This document shows, piece by piece, positions 27,670 through 39,521 of a DNA stretch of 64,000 bases (its first letter is position 1; each line of letters opens with the position of its first letter). This DNA comes from Macrostomum hystrix (Eukaryota > Animalia > Platyhelminthes): positions 5,580,001 to 5,644,000 of the forward strand of contig CATNEN010000007.1 of NCBI GenBank assembly GCA_950097015.1, read 5' to 3'. The notes beneath the pieces were generated by a model that had not been told where the DNA came from, did no database searches, and worked only from the letters and a program-made list of their open reading frames with translations. The translations under genes were made by a program, and so were the position numbers.

Positions 27670-28245
27670 AAAGTGCAGATAGAAGAAGCACTACAACAAT
27701 ACAGTGATGTTGGAATCAAAGCAAAGATCAACAATGAGGTTATGCTGAACTGCAAAGGCATTAGTCCTGCAAAAGCAATTGGAAACCACAGGAAAAATTT
27801 CGTTTCTCAGTTCGATACCCATTGGAGACAAAGGACACAGAACTCAAGCAAGCTAAGTCACTTCTATTACTCCTTTAAGCAATATTATTCAGCCGAAAAA
27901 TATTTACAACAAATATACAACCCGGAGTTGAGACGTACCATATCCTCGTTTAGACTAGGAAACCATAAGCTAGCTTGCGAAACATTGCGATAGATTATGA
28001 TATATAATAGATTATGTAGTAAGTGCAAAACAGAAGTTGAAAACGAGGTCCACTTCCTTTTTAAGTGCAGTTGGAATATGTATAGCGCCGCACGTTCGAA
28101 TTTTGAGAAGAAAATTTCTGGGAAAACTCCCAATTTCACATCCTTAACAGCAGGAGAGAAATCTAACTACATAATGGCACAAGACGATAGGGAAACCACT
28201 GAAGCTTCAGCAAAGTACATCATAGAAATCTCTCAAATAAGGTAA
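27670..28245 (+). mobile_element. 5'-truncated non-LTR retrotransposon (LINE) ORF2 C-terminal fragment
   Basis: EKYL..LRRTISSFRLGNHKLACETLR*..RLCSKC..VENEVHFLFKC is the CCHC-type C-terminal signature of LINE ORF2. In-frame stop near 27991; A-rich and (TAA)n sequence at 28395-28470 may be the tail. The 5' boundary is uncertain. Confidence 0.75.
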
Positions 28246-28819
28246 CAGGTGCCCTGAGACTACGAGCTCGTATTAACTTTTAACAATATATAATTCATAT
28301 TTTTTACTCCTTTGCTTTTCCCTTCCCAGCTCAATAGTTGAATCCTACAAAACTTCGTTTTTCGTTGTCCATTAAAATATTTCTTGTCAAAAACATATAA
28401 AGGAAAAAAAATCAGCACCCATAGATGGCGTGCGCGTTTTAATAATAATAATAATAATAATATTAATAATCAAATGGAATAAGGACCTCTCAAAAATAGA
28501 AACAGCATTTCATCATTTCAAATCACCAGACATCCTTGTACAAAAAATGCTATCTTTGTTAGATGTTCAAGCAGCGACATGCACTTTATACTTCCGAATT
28601 CCTATATTTTTAAGTCTCGCGTGCACTTTTGGTCGCATTGAACTTCGTTCTCTTGCTGACCTAGGTTTTGTTTTTTTCGGAAAATAAATTTAGTCATTAT
28701 ACTCGTAGTTCTATAAACGTGTCGCAACACTTGCCTTTGCTGCAGCGCAGGTACGTATTTTATTTAGGGGGATAAAAAATGATTACATAGAATGTCAGTT
28801 TTTTAATCATGTTCGCCAA

Positions 28820-29086
28820 TCAGCGCCGGCCCCACCAGCCGCCCTTCTCCGACTCGAAGTAATTCTCCAGACACTTGGCATATTCGCGCAGCTCCTTTTC
28901 GCTTCCTGGCGGCTTCGGCTTCGGGCAGGGGCTAAACAGCGGCCCGACGGCGTCAGGAGCTCCTGCTAGTCGTGGCCGGATTGTCGTAGGCTTTGCAGCC
29001 GCGGGGGTTGTTAGCACGGGAATCAGGAGCAACAGCAGCAGCAGCAGCGGCAGCGGCGTGGATTTGAGAATAACCAGGTTTGTCAT
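28820..29086 (-). CDS. Secreted NPY/NPF-like peptide precursor with predicted WW-amide, copy 1 (88 aa, intronless)
   Basis: Poly-Leu signal peptide ending PAAA, Pro-rich segment, helix ELREYAKCLENYF, amidation signal G-RR before the stop. TATAAA at 29172-29177 and AATAAA at 28759-28764 on the minus strand. Confidence 0.8.
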   Translation of the reverse strand: MTNLVILKSTPLPLLLLLLLLIPVLTTPAAAKPTTIRPRLAGAPDAVGPLFSPCPKPKPPGSEKELREYAKCLENYFESEKGGWWGRR

Positions 29087-29560
29087 GCCTGTAGTTGATG
29101 AAGCTGCTTAGCCAAAGGCACAGATCTCAGTCAGTCAGTTTGATGGCTGAAATTGTTTGACTGACCTCGAATTTATACTGCGTCTTATCAGAGCTAGGAT
29201 CGGCTAAAAACAAGGATGACAGGGCCATATCGATGCAGCGCCATCTAGTGCAACGATAATCAGCGCCATCCAGACATCCTTGTAGAAAAATCTTATCTTT
29301 GTTAGATGACCAAGAGCGACATGCACTTTATACTTCCGAATTCCTATATTTTTAGTCTCGCGTGCACTTCTGGTCGCATTGAACTTCGTTCTCTTGCTGA
29401 CCTAGGTTTTGTTTTTTTCGGAAAATAAATTTTGCCATTATACTCGTAGTTCTATAAACGTGTCGCAACACTTGCCTTTGCTGCAGCGCAGGTACGTATT
29501 TTATTTAGGGGGATAAAAAATGATTACATGGAATGTCAGTTTTTTAATCATGTTCGCCAA

Positions 29561-29824
29561 TCAGCGCCGGCCCCACCAGCCGCCCTTCTCCGACTCGAAG
29601 TAATTCTCCAGACACTTGGCGTATTCGCGCAGCTCCTTTTCGCTGCCTGGCGGCCTCGGCTTCGGGCAGGGGCTAAACAGCGGCCCGACGGCGTCAGGAG
29701 CTCCTGCTAGTCGTGGCCGGATTGTCGTAGGCTTTGCAGCCGCGGGGGTTGTTAGCACGGGGATCAGGAGCAGCAGCAGCAGCAGCGGCAGCGGCGTGGA
29801 TTTGAGAATAACCAGGTTTGTCAT
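29561..29824 (-). CDS. Secreted NPY/NPF-like peptide precursor with predicted WW-amide, copy 2 (87 aa, intronless)
   Basis: Near-identical to copy 1: one Leu codon shorter, one K>R change, three synonymous changes. Own TATAAA at 29910-29915 and AATAAA at 29500-29505. Confidence 0.8.
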   Translation of the reverse strand: MTNLVILKSTPLPLLLLLLLIPVLTTPAAAKPTTIRPRLAGAPDAVGPLFSPCPKPRPPGSEKELREYAKCLENYFESEKGGWWGRR

Positions 29825-30441
29825 GCCTGTAGTTGACGAAGCTGCTTAGCCAAAGGCACAGATCTCAGTCAGTCAGTTTGATGGCTGAAATTGTTTGACT
29901 GACCTCGAATTTATACTGCGTCTTATCAGAGCTAGGATCGGCTAAAAACAAGGATGACCGGGCCATATCGATGCAGCGCCATCTAGTGCAACGATAATCA
30001 GCGCAAACATGCATGCTGATTCGGCCAACGCTCTGCTCTGATGTCGGCGCTTAATTAAATTTCGCTTAATTCTTTTATAAACATGAACAAGAGAAGGTTG
30101 CTAATCATTTTTCTGTGATATGGCGTGATTCTTTTATTGCGATTAACTGTTCTTTAGGCCTGTTCCACTGCTAATTTCGCTTCTCTGTTAGTGGGGCCGC
30201 TTGGGCAAACAAATTTGTCAGTAATTAGAATTTTCTGTTCTGCACAATCGGCACTTCAGAAGGACAGCCCCTTTTGCTCAGAATTTTTCTGTTTTACGGC
30301 AAGTCTTTCAGCAAACATAGGAATAAAATATGCAATGAGGAAGTTGGATCTAAGGGGCATTTTGTACTGCAGTGGCTTGAATGCCGCCAGATTTTGGGCA
30401 CCTTTATCAAGAACTTTGCGATAGTATGGACCATCGGGTAG

Positions 30442-31368
30442 GTGAGGCTGTCAGGTGATGAGGCTGTCAGGTGATGAGGCTTTCAGGTGATGGGGCTGTC
30501 AGTTGATGAGGCTGTCAGTTGATGAGGCTGTCAGGTGATGAGGCTGTCAGTTGATGAGGCTGTCAGGTGATGAGGCTGTCAGGTGATGAGGCTGTCAGGT
30601 GATGAGGCTGTCAGGTGATGAGGCTGTCAGGTGATGAGGCTGTCAGGTAATGAGGCTTCAGGTGATGAGGCTGTCAGTTGATGAGGCTGTTTGTCGATGA
30701 GGCTGTCAGGTGATGAGGCTGTCAGGTGATGAGGCTGTCAGGTGATGAGGCTGTCAGGTGATGAGGTTGTCAGGTGATGAGGCTGTCAGGTGATGAGGCT
30801 GTCAGGTAATGAGGCTTCAGGTGATGAGGCTGTCAGTTGATGAGGCTGTCAGGTGATGAGGCTGTCAGGTGATGAGGCTGTCAGGTGATGAGGCTTCAGG
30901 TGATGAGGCTGTCAGTTGATGAGGCTGTCAGTTGATGAGGCTGTCAGTTGATGAGGCTGTCAGGTGATGAGGCTATCAGTTGATGAGGCTGTTTGTCGAT
31001 GAGGCTGTCAGTTGATGAGGCTGTCAGGTGATGAGGCTGTCAGTTGATGAGGCTGTTAGTTGATGAGGCTGTCAGGTGATGAGGCTGTCAGTTGATGAGG
31101 CTGTTAGTTGATGAGGCTGTCAGGTGATGAGGCTGTCAGTTGATGAGGCTGTCAGGTGATGAGGCTGTCAGGTGATGAGGCTTCAGGTGATGAGGCTGTC
31201 AGGTGATGAGGCTGTCAGTTGATGAGGCTGTCAGTTGATGAGGCTGTCAGGTGATGAGGCTGTCAACAAAGTGAGGTTGTCAGGTGGTGAGGCTGTCAGG
31301 TGGTGAGGCTGTCAGGTGATGAGGCTGTCAGTTGATGAGGCTGTCAACAAAGTGAGGCTGTCAACAAA
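30442..31368. repeat. 16-bp minisatellite (gatgaggctgtcaggt), most units carrying CTGTCA
   Basis: Tandem units. Confidence 0.95.
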
Positions 31369-32565
31369 TGCTTGAAAATTTCGTTACTGTAAAATTCAAT
31401 CTCAGTCTCCAAGAAGACTGACTAGCTCGTTGTCCTTGAGGAGTAGTTGCTTTTTCACTGTTTTGTTCGTGTATTGTTCTTTCAGTAGATAACATTGATT
31501 TATTTAAGGCAATATAATACTATTCGAATTGACCGTCTTTGGGCCTGTTGACTATATTTTGTTGTGATAAAAATCAGGTTAAGAAATACAAAATCTGAGC
31601 TATTTTAGTTTTTTTATGCTGAAAAACCGCTAGTGTCTACTGCTCGCCGCAGCAACAGCACTATTGGTCCGACAATGCAGTAGTATTTAGCGAAAGTGCG
31701 CTATTTATTTTTTATTCATTCAAAAATGTGAATTGCAGATACGAAATCGGAAGAGAGAAATATAAAGAAAAAAACAGCGACAATAAATGACCGAATTCGG
31801 TAAACAAAGTTCTCACAAGCCCAGTCACATTTACTCCCGTTGGGGAGCTTTGACAACCGTACAGTAAGCAATACAGTAATATTAGTTATAAGGGAAAAAA
31901 GTGTTCAATAACGATTGCACGTAAATAGTGAGGAATACTGAGCATTTTGCAGGCTCTGAAGTTCACAGAGTTAAATTACAAACTGTACTTCTGCGTAACA
32001 ACTGAATATGCTCACTCTTTGTTGTCTTTTGTTTTCAATAGCCTTGAGTAAAGAGGATGAAGCCCTTTGGATTGTTTTATTAAGTATTTATTATGGAGTC
32101 TGGAGTCATTCAAATAACCTCATCCACAAAGTTTATTGAGCTCATTTTTAAACTAAAACAGAGAAAATCGAATCAAATGCAAATAAATCGACAACTTGGG
32201 TGCTTAGAAATATTAACTAGAGGCCTTGTTGGCCTCATAAACACAGAGGGATACAACTTTAGGTTAGGGAAAGCAACGCATTGTTTGGGATCTGCAGTTG
32301 GTCTGCCTGAACTTGGCAAGGTGCAAATCGAATGAAATGAGAAATTAATCTTCCAGTGCCTCGGCAACCTCGGTTGGCTAGGAAAACAGCGGTGAGGGGG
32401 GAAAAATTACAGAGATCCTCTTCGCGCAATTTAGTGCCACGATCAAACTACTAATAGTAGATGGCAACGATTTCTATCACCCAATTAGGACAAAAAAGCA
32501 ATTCAAAAAGTTTCTAGAAAAAAGACCGAAGCGCAGTTTTCGAGCTCATTTCCATCGCGACCTCA

Positions 32566-34017
32566 TCAAGGCGTGCTCGGCTCCAGCTTCTCGCCCAGCG
32601 GCGTCACCATCGTCGGCAACTGCGTAGGCGAGGACACGGAGATGGCCACAGAGTCCGGCGATGCCGATTCCACTCCGCCGCCGCTGCCGCCGAGGCCGAG
32701 GCCAACGATGCTGTCCGTTGAATTGGACGGCTCGGGTGAGCGCAGCCCCGCAACTCGGTAGAGATCGAACCCCGGCACCGTGCGGCCCTCCTGCAGCGGC
32801 TTCACGTAGCGCCGGCGTGCGTTGATGAACCAGTTGTTCACGGTGGTCTTAGTCAGCTGAGTGTCCCTGGCGAGGGCCTCCTTCTGCTCCTCGGAGGGGT
32901 AGGGCTGGTGCAGGTGCGTGGCCAGCCAGTGGAACAGTTTCCTCCTGGCTGAGTAGGGCAGGTTCGGTCTTGAGCCTCGCTTAATGGAGCACCAGTCAAG
33001 GCGCAGAGGCCCCACGCCGCCGCTGCAGGGCGAGGAGCCCAGAACGATAGAGGACGGCGAGCCAGCGGTAGCGTGGGCATTGGAGCCATGGCTCTGGCGA
33101 TGCCGCTGCTGCTGCTGATGCTGGTGGTGGGGCTGGTTCTCAATGCCAGATTCCGATTTCGGGCTGTCGGTGGACGGCGGCTCCCTGACGGCTGCGGCGT
33201 CGACTATTTCGCCAGGCGCCACAGCGGACGTCACCGAGGATGCTGACGACGATGATTGATGAATCAGCGGAGGCGGCTGCGACGGATGCGGCGGAGTCTG
33301 GAATGCGCTCGATTTCGATGGTTGAAAACTCTTGCGCAGGAACTCCAAGCTGCTAGAGCTGCCGCCACCACCGCTGGAGCTGACGATGACGCTGCTAGGA
33401 GCTCCGGAGATCGTCGATGCGGGCAGAGGCGGTGGCGGAGGCGGCAGGAACAGCGGCGCCGCGGCGGCCTGGCCAGCGAATGCGGCCAGCGAGTGGTGCA
33501 GCGCCATGGGGCCTAGGGCGCCGCTGAAGAACGGGAAGCCGGGATACGAAGAGGCCGCTGCGGCGGCTGCGGCTGCGTAGGACAGAAAGCCCTCAGAACC
33601 GCCCACGGATTCCGTGGTGTCCTCCGAGCCGGAGTGATTGTTGATCGCGTCCGGCTCCTCGTCCAGCTCTTCTTCTAGATCTAGGTCGTCGTCTTCTTCG
33701 ACCTCCCCGTCATCGCCGGAGATGTTCGACGGCAGCTCCTCGCATTTCAAGCCGTTGATGACGCGCTGCTCGACCTGGCCCGGCGGTGGCGTCGGCTGAG
33801 GCAACAGCAGCGGGGTTGGCAGCAATTGCTGCTGCTGCTTGCTGTGACGCCGTGGCATCAACTCGTGCGAAGCCGGTCGCTTGCGCTTCGCTGTCGTTTT
33901 GCTCTCCAGGTTCATCGGAGATTCGGCAGACGCTGCGGTGGCTGCGGCACGGTTGATGGCAGCCGCGACGTCCGCATCGGAGCCTGCCGCACCTTCGGAC
34001 TGTCCGTTGTGTTTCGA
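32566..34017 (-). CDS. Terminal exon encoding a TALE-class homeodomain (Meis/PKNOX/TGIF-like, Ile50)
   Basis: Homeodomain RPNLPYSARRKLFHWLATHLHQPYPSEEQKEALARDTQLTKTTVNNWFINARRRYVKPL has the PYP loop and WFINARRR. The frame stays open upstream of Met33915 to a phase-0 acceptor (tttgacag|TCG) at 34017. Confidence 0.9.
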   Translation of the reverse strand, partial: SKHNGQSEGAAGSDADVAAAINRAAATAASAESPMNLESKTTAKRKRPASHELMPRRHSKQQQQLLPTPLLLPQPTPPPGQVEQRVINGLKCEELPSNISGDDGEVEEDDDLDLEEELDEEPDAINNHSGSEDTTESVGGSEGFLSYAAAAAAAASSYPGFPFFSGALGPMALHHSLAAFAGQAAAAPLFLPPPPPPLPASTISGAPSSVIVSSSGGGGSSSSLEFLRKSFQPSKSSAFQTPPHPSQPPPLIHQSSSSASSVTSAVAPGEIVDAAAVREPPSTDSPKSESGIENQPHHQHQQQQRHRQSHGSNAHATAGSPSSIVLGSSPCSGGVGPLRLDWCSIKRGSRPNLPYSARRKLFHWLATHLHQPYPSEEQKEALARDTQLTKTTVNNWFINARRRYVKPLQEGRTVPGFDLYRVAGLRSPEPSNSTDSIVGLGLGGSGGGVESASPDSVAISVSSPTQLPTMVTPLGEKLEPSTP

Positions 34018-35729
34018 CTGTCAAATTGAAATTAATCGGGTTTGAAATTCTCCGCGCCTGTCACTCGGGTTGTCTGTCTACCTGTCAGCATATAGAACAA
34101 TCGACTATGGGCCAAGAACCTATACTTAATAGAACCTAACAAAGATTCATTTTAGCTAATCTTTTATGAGCGAAAAGATATGCTTCTGTAGCTCCAGTTT
34201 GTAGGACACCTTCCCCCAGGGGTACAGCGGGCTAAGCCTTATGTGTCGACGAAATCCTGACAGAAAGCAGCACCCGGGGTCTCTCGGCGGGAACTCCAGA
34301 CCGCCGAGCAAGTGCAAGCAATCAGGCCGCTTTAAGAAGAAAAAGTAAAGAAAATTGCAGGGAGCCAACAAGGGTATTTCGCTGGCCAGCAACAACAGAA
34401 GCTGTGTGACTAAGACAGACCTAGTGACGAATAAAGACCTGAATTTGACACCTCCATCAAATTAGTCCTTCAATCAGATCCCAGGCAAGTTTGTCAGTTG
34501 CTTCTTGTCAGGCCAGGCCTTAACCAGCAGAATGAGGACAGAATTGATGGCGACTTCTGCTTTCAAGCATTCCATCTGGGGTGGGGGGATCGGACACCAG
34601 GTGCCCATGTCAAACAGTTGCCCACCCATTTACCTGGCCGAGTGCTTCTGCCGGTTCCGCTGAAGCGATTTCAGCCTGGGATAAGGCCAAGTGTCAACAG
34701 ATCTATGTGCGGCCCGGCTAATAGGGCACAGGGGTGGAAAAACACTGAGGGCTGAAGGCGGAAGCATTTATTTATGCGATTAAAGTGATAACACAAGACT
34801 GCATGCTTGGCCAGCCTTGTTAGCAGAGTGGGCTGGCTGATAGATCAAGGAAATGGACCCCTAGGGCGGCTGGGACGAGTATTCAAAGTGTTGCAGGGTG
34901 GGCCAGGCGGACGCATGTGACAGTTGCACAGACGACAGCTGGCATGTCAAAGGGAATCAGTGGACCCCAGGCTCGTGCGCACGCAAACACACACACTGAA
35001 GCACTCAGGCTCAATTAGACTGTGTGTATATATAGGCTCCTTTCCTCCTTATCTGTCAGTGTCATCTGTCAAACAGGGGCCATTTGGACCCCCCTCTCTC
35101 TGTCTGTCGCCCAAGCTCCCCCCAAGCCTGCCACTTCCCCTTCTGTCGCCCTGAACCTTGCGCTCGCTGCTCTTGTCGCTCATTTGTCCTGCAATCCTCA
35201 CAGCTTTGTTTCTTCTTGGTCTCTCGGCCTTCTAAAGTCGACTCCGCGGGGGGGGCAGAGGCGGGTTGAAAGGCTCCCCGCGGAGCAGGGGGGCGGCATC
35301 CCCCCTTAGCCTCCAGGATCCCATTTAGGCGGAAGAAGAGGTATGAATCAAGAGGAGATCGGCCGTGTAGATGGCCTTGACTTGGGAAGTCTTTAGACGG
35401 AGGGGCTTTGATGGATTCAGCCGGCGCATTTAAGAAACTGTTCTAGCTGGCTGGCAAAAAAGGTGAGAAATTAAATGCGCGAATCCACGATTTGGTCGCT
35501 GCAGAGATTGGTGTTGGGCGCGCAGATTTCCGCCGAAGATGCATTAGCGAGCTTGTTTCGCTAATTGAGCTGCGCATTAATGAAAAAAGGCATTTGAAGC
35601 TTGACACTTAAAGTGGGAAAATAATTGGGAAAATATTTTATCAGGCAATGTTAGAGACAAGGGACAGTTAAAGAGAAAAATGTGAGATAAGGCGAGGCAG
35701 ACAAGAATGGACAGAATGAGAGAAAATGA

Positions 35730-36148
35730 TAGAGTCAGAGAGTCAGGGAGAGTCAGGCAGAGAGTCAGAGAGAGTTAGGCAGCGAGTCAGGGAGAGTTAG
35801 GCAGAGAGTCAGGGAGAGTCAGGGAGAGAGTCAGGCAGACTTAGGGAAAGAGGGAGAGAGTCAGGGAGAGAGTCAGGCAGACTTAGGGAAAGAGGGAGAG
35901 AGTCAGGGAGAGAGTCAGGCAGACTTAGGGAAAGAGGGAGAGAGTCAGGGAGAGAGTCAGGCAGACTTAGGGAAAGAGGGAGAGAGTCAGGGAGAGAGTC
36001 AGGCATTGAGTCAGGGAGAGAGTCAGGCAGACTTAGGGAGAGAGAGTCAGGCATTGAGTCAGGGAGAGAGTCAGGTATTGAGTCAGGGAGAGAGTCAGGC
36101 ATTGAGTCAGGGAGAGAGTCAGGCATTGAGTCAGGGAGAGTCAGGGAA
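35730..36148. repeat. Purine-rich composite minisatellite (gagtcagggaga..)
   Basis: Tandem 12-bp and 42-bp units. Confidence 0.88.
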
Positions 36149-37554
36149 TTGTTACACTAAAACACCCTAGTCTTATATCCAGTGAAATATGCCCCTGTCC
36201 ATTTGCCAGTCCGTCAGTCAGTCCTTTATCCCTGCCCTGCCTATTCCTTCATCCTCAAATTCGTTCCAGATCCCAGATCCCGTAAAATCGGGCCAGGCAG
36301 CTCTTCTCCTGTCAATTTGGGCCGGCCGTGGGACAGCGGGCTATAGAGACGGGGCGCGGTGGAGGCTGCAAAAAATTGACAGCACTAAACTTGAGGAACA
36401 GAAAGTAGGAGACGGAGATGGGGAGATGGGGAGATGGGGAGGGGAGAGGGGGGTTTAGTGCACCGCGCAGGGAGGCGGAGGCAGCTGTCACTGTCATGCA
36501 TGCATTTGTCCTTCTTTCAGATTTTTTGCCCAGGAAAAAGAAGATGAAATGGCTTGCTGGAGGAATTTCCAATCCAGCCTTTTAGGCGCTGGGCCCACTG
36601 AGGGCGGCCCTGAACTACCACTGTCAACCCCCCTGTCATTCCCGGCTGGTGCTGTGAAATTCCTTGCTAAGAAATCTCCGAATCTCAATTTGACCCGCTT
36701 TTTGCTAAGCCGTCTGCGGATCTCTATTCTCTCTTTAGAACCCATTGCTGCTGCTGCTGCTGCGGCTGCACTTGTTGTCAAGGTAAATAAGGCCCAACCT
36801 GACAGCATAAAAGCTGGGCTTGCCAAATTCCCTCCCTCCTATTATCTCCTAAGTCTATCTAAGTTCTTATCTAAAAAATGCGTGTTAAAAGAAGAAGTCC
36901 TGCCATTTGCTGCCATTTGCTGCCATTTGCTGCCATTTGGGGACACGGGGATCAGGCGCTAAAAGCAGACACGGTGACAGGTATTTTCTTCTTTGAAAAA
37001 GCCACATCTACACACAATTTTGCTATAGCATGCTTGAACGCACTGAATGCTTTGGTAAAGTCTGAGTTGCTAGTGCTCCAGTGCAGGAATTGTCATTTCT
37101 AGAGGTTCGCGGTTTAATTACAATTTTTTCTAAACATATAGGCTGCGAGTTCCCACAAATACAAATTACTTTTCTGGGGGTATCGGGTTCTTTCCTTTGC
37201 GATAATTGCATTCAGATTCTCACGCCGTCTAGGGGCCCTTCCTGTCTTCTGGGACTGGTTTTCGCACGGTTATCCAGCCCGAGACATCCGCCTGGCGAAC
37301 ACTTCCAGCCCATGGGTCCCGTTGAGACCCAGTTTATTATGATCCAATGCCCATTCGTTTGCCCCCGCCTCCGCAGCTCCAGGTTGTGTATTAGCCATAG
37401 CCCTGGGACGGGAGAAAATTACAGGTGATCGGACCGGGTCGCTTGCCGATTCTGATCGAATTCGCGCATTTAACACCAGAAGCAGCTGCACAATTTGTTG
37501 GGAAATAAAAGGGAAGCTGGGAAAGATGAGGAAGAATAAGAGTGAGGTGAGGAG

Positions 37555-38672
37555 AGTGAGAAGGGGAGATGAATGAGAAGGGTTGATAAATGAGAAGGGG
37601 AGATGAGTGAGAAGGGGGATGAGTGAGAAGGGGAGATGAGTGAGAAGGGGAGATGAGTGAGAAGGGGAGATGAGTGAGAAGGGGAGATGAGTGAGAAGGG
37701 GAGATGAGTGAGAAGGGGAGATGAGTGAGAAGGGGAGATGAGTGAGAAGAGGAGATGATTGAGAAGGGGAGATGAGTGAGAAGGGGAGATGAGTGAGAAG
37801 GGGAGATGAGTGAGAAGGGGAGATGAGTGAGAAGGGGAGACAGGAGTGAGAAGGGGAGATGAATGAGAAGGGAGGATGAGTGAGAAGGGGAGATGAGTGA
37901 GAAGGGGAGACAGGAGTGAGAAGGGGAGATGAATGAGAAGGGAGGATGAGTGAGAAGGGGAGATGAGTGAGAAGGGAGGATGAGTGAGAAGGGGAGACAG
38001 GAGTGATAAGGGGAGACAGGAGTGATAAGGGGAGACAGGAGTGATAAGGGGAGACAGGAGTGAGAAGGGAGATGAATGAGAAGGGTTGATAAATGAGAAG
38101 GGGAGATGAATGAGAAGGGTTGATAAATGAGAAGGGGAGATGAGTGAGAAGGGGAGATGAGTGAGAAGGGGATATTAGAAGTGAGAAGGGAAGATGAGTG
38201 AGAAGGGGAGATGAGTGAGAAGGGGAGATGAGTGAGAAGGGGAGATGAGTGAGAAGGGGAGACAGGAGTGAGAAGGGGAGATGAATGAGAAGGGAGGATG
38301 AGTGAGAAGGGGAGATGAGTGAGAAGGGGAGATGAGTGAGAAGGGGAGATGAGTGAGAAGGGGAGATGAGTGAGAAGGGGAGATGAGTGAGAAGGGGAGA
38401 TGATTGAGAAGGGGAGACAGGAGTGAGAAGGGGAGATGAATGAGAAGGGAGGATGAGTGAGAAGGGGAGATGAGTGAGAAGGGGAGATGAGTGAGAAGGG
38501 AGGATGAGTGAGAAGGGGAGACAGGAGTGATAAGGGGAGACAGGAGTGATAAGGGGAGACAGGAGTGATAAGGGGAGACAGGAGTGAGAAGGGAGATGAA
38601 TGAGAAGGGAGGATGAGTGAGAAGGGGAGATGAGTGAGAAGGGGAGATCAGGAGTGATAAGGGGAGATGAGT
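37555..38672. repeat. Purine-rich 16-19 bp minisatellite (gatgagtgagaagggga)
   Basis: Tandem units; source of the 511-aa artefact ORF. Confidence 0.93.
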
Positions 38673-39521
38673 GAACTGAATTACTAAAATAATTGAATTG
38701 GAAAGGATATTTCGCTGTCATTTCATTCAAGTTCCATTCATTAAGGCTGAAAAGGATGACTATTGAGGGAATTTCGGCAAATGAAAGCAAGAGCTTTAAA
38801 GCCAAGCAAGTCCATTGGTGAGGACAATTGATAAAGAAGCAATATGGCCCAACTGAATAGCAATATGTGCAGATAGATACGCCTGAACAGACAGCGAAGT
38901 GAAGGGTGAGATCAAGGCCAAACGCTAAAGAAGGGTTTGCACCTTTGGGTCCGGAGACCGATCCAAAATAGGAGGATAGTCAAGCCAGCGGGCCACATTT
39001 ATTGGCATTGGCAACAGCGCAGAAAGGGGTAGCAGCCACACCTCCCCAAACAAGCTTCTCTGGCTAGCCAGGCAGCAATGCGCCAATGCAGTTTGACACC
39101 ATGCGCGGGTGCGCAGTTACTGCGCGGGCATCAACTTGAATGCAGAAGTCATTAGAATAGCTGGCCATGCGGCTATAGACTCTTTCTGCGCGGTGTCTTT
39201 CAATGCCTTCTGCGCGCGCAACTTGCGCAATTCGGCTCATTCTCCTGACAAAAAGGTATATTTACCTTCAAATTGTCGCAGCTCGCAACGTCAGCGCACG
39301 CGACACTGAACCCCACCCACCGCGCTGGGGACTGCAGTGGCTTCCTTCATGGAGCATAACACTGCCAAGCATCTGGCATAGCGGCTGCTGCATTATGTAT
39401 TTGTGTTAGCCTGCTAAGCTTACACAAGTCTGACTAACTAATTCTGGCTGTTTGTGCAGCTAATTTTTATAGGATTTGTTTATTTGCATGCGGAATTAAT
39501 CTCATCATGACCTGTCTTGAC

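Larger units (their letters stand above)
28526..30004. repeat. Direct tandem duplication of a ~740 bp unit (28526-29266 and 29270-30004) containing the whole peptide gene
   Basis: Both units begin ccagacatccttgta and end gataatcagcgc, with scattered substitutions between them. Confidence 0.95.
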
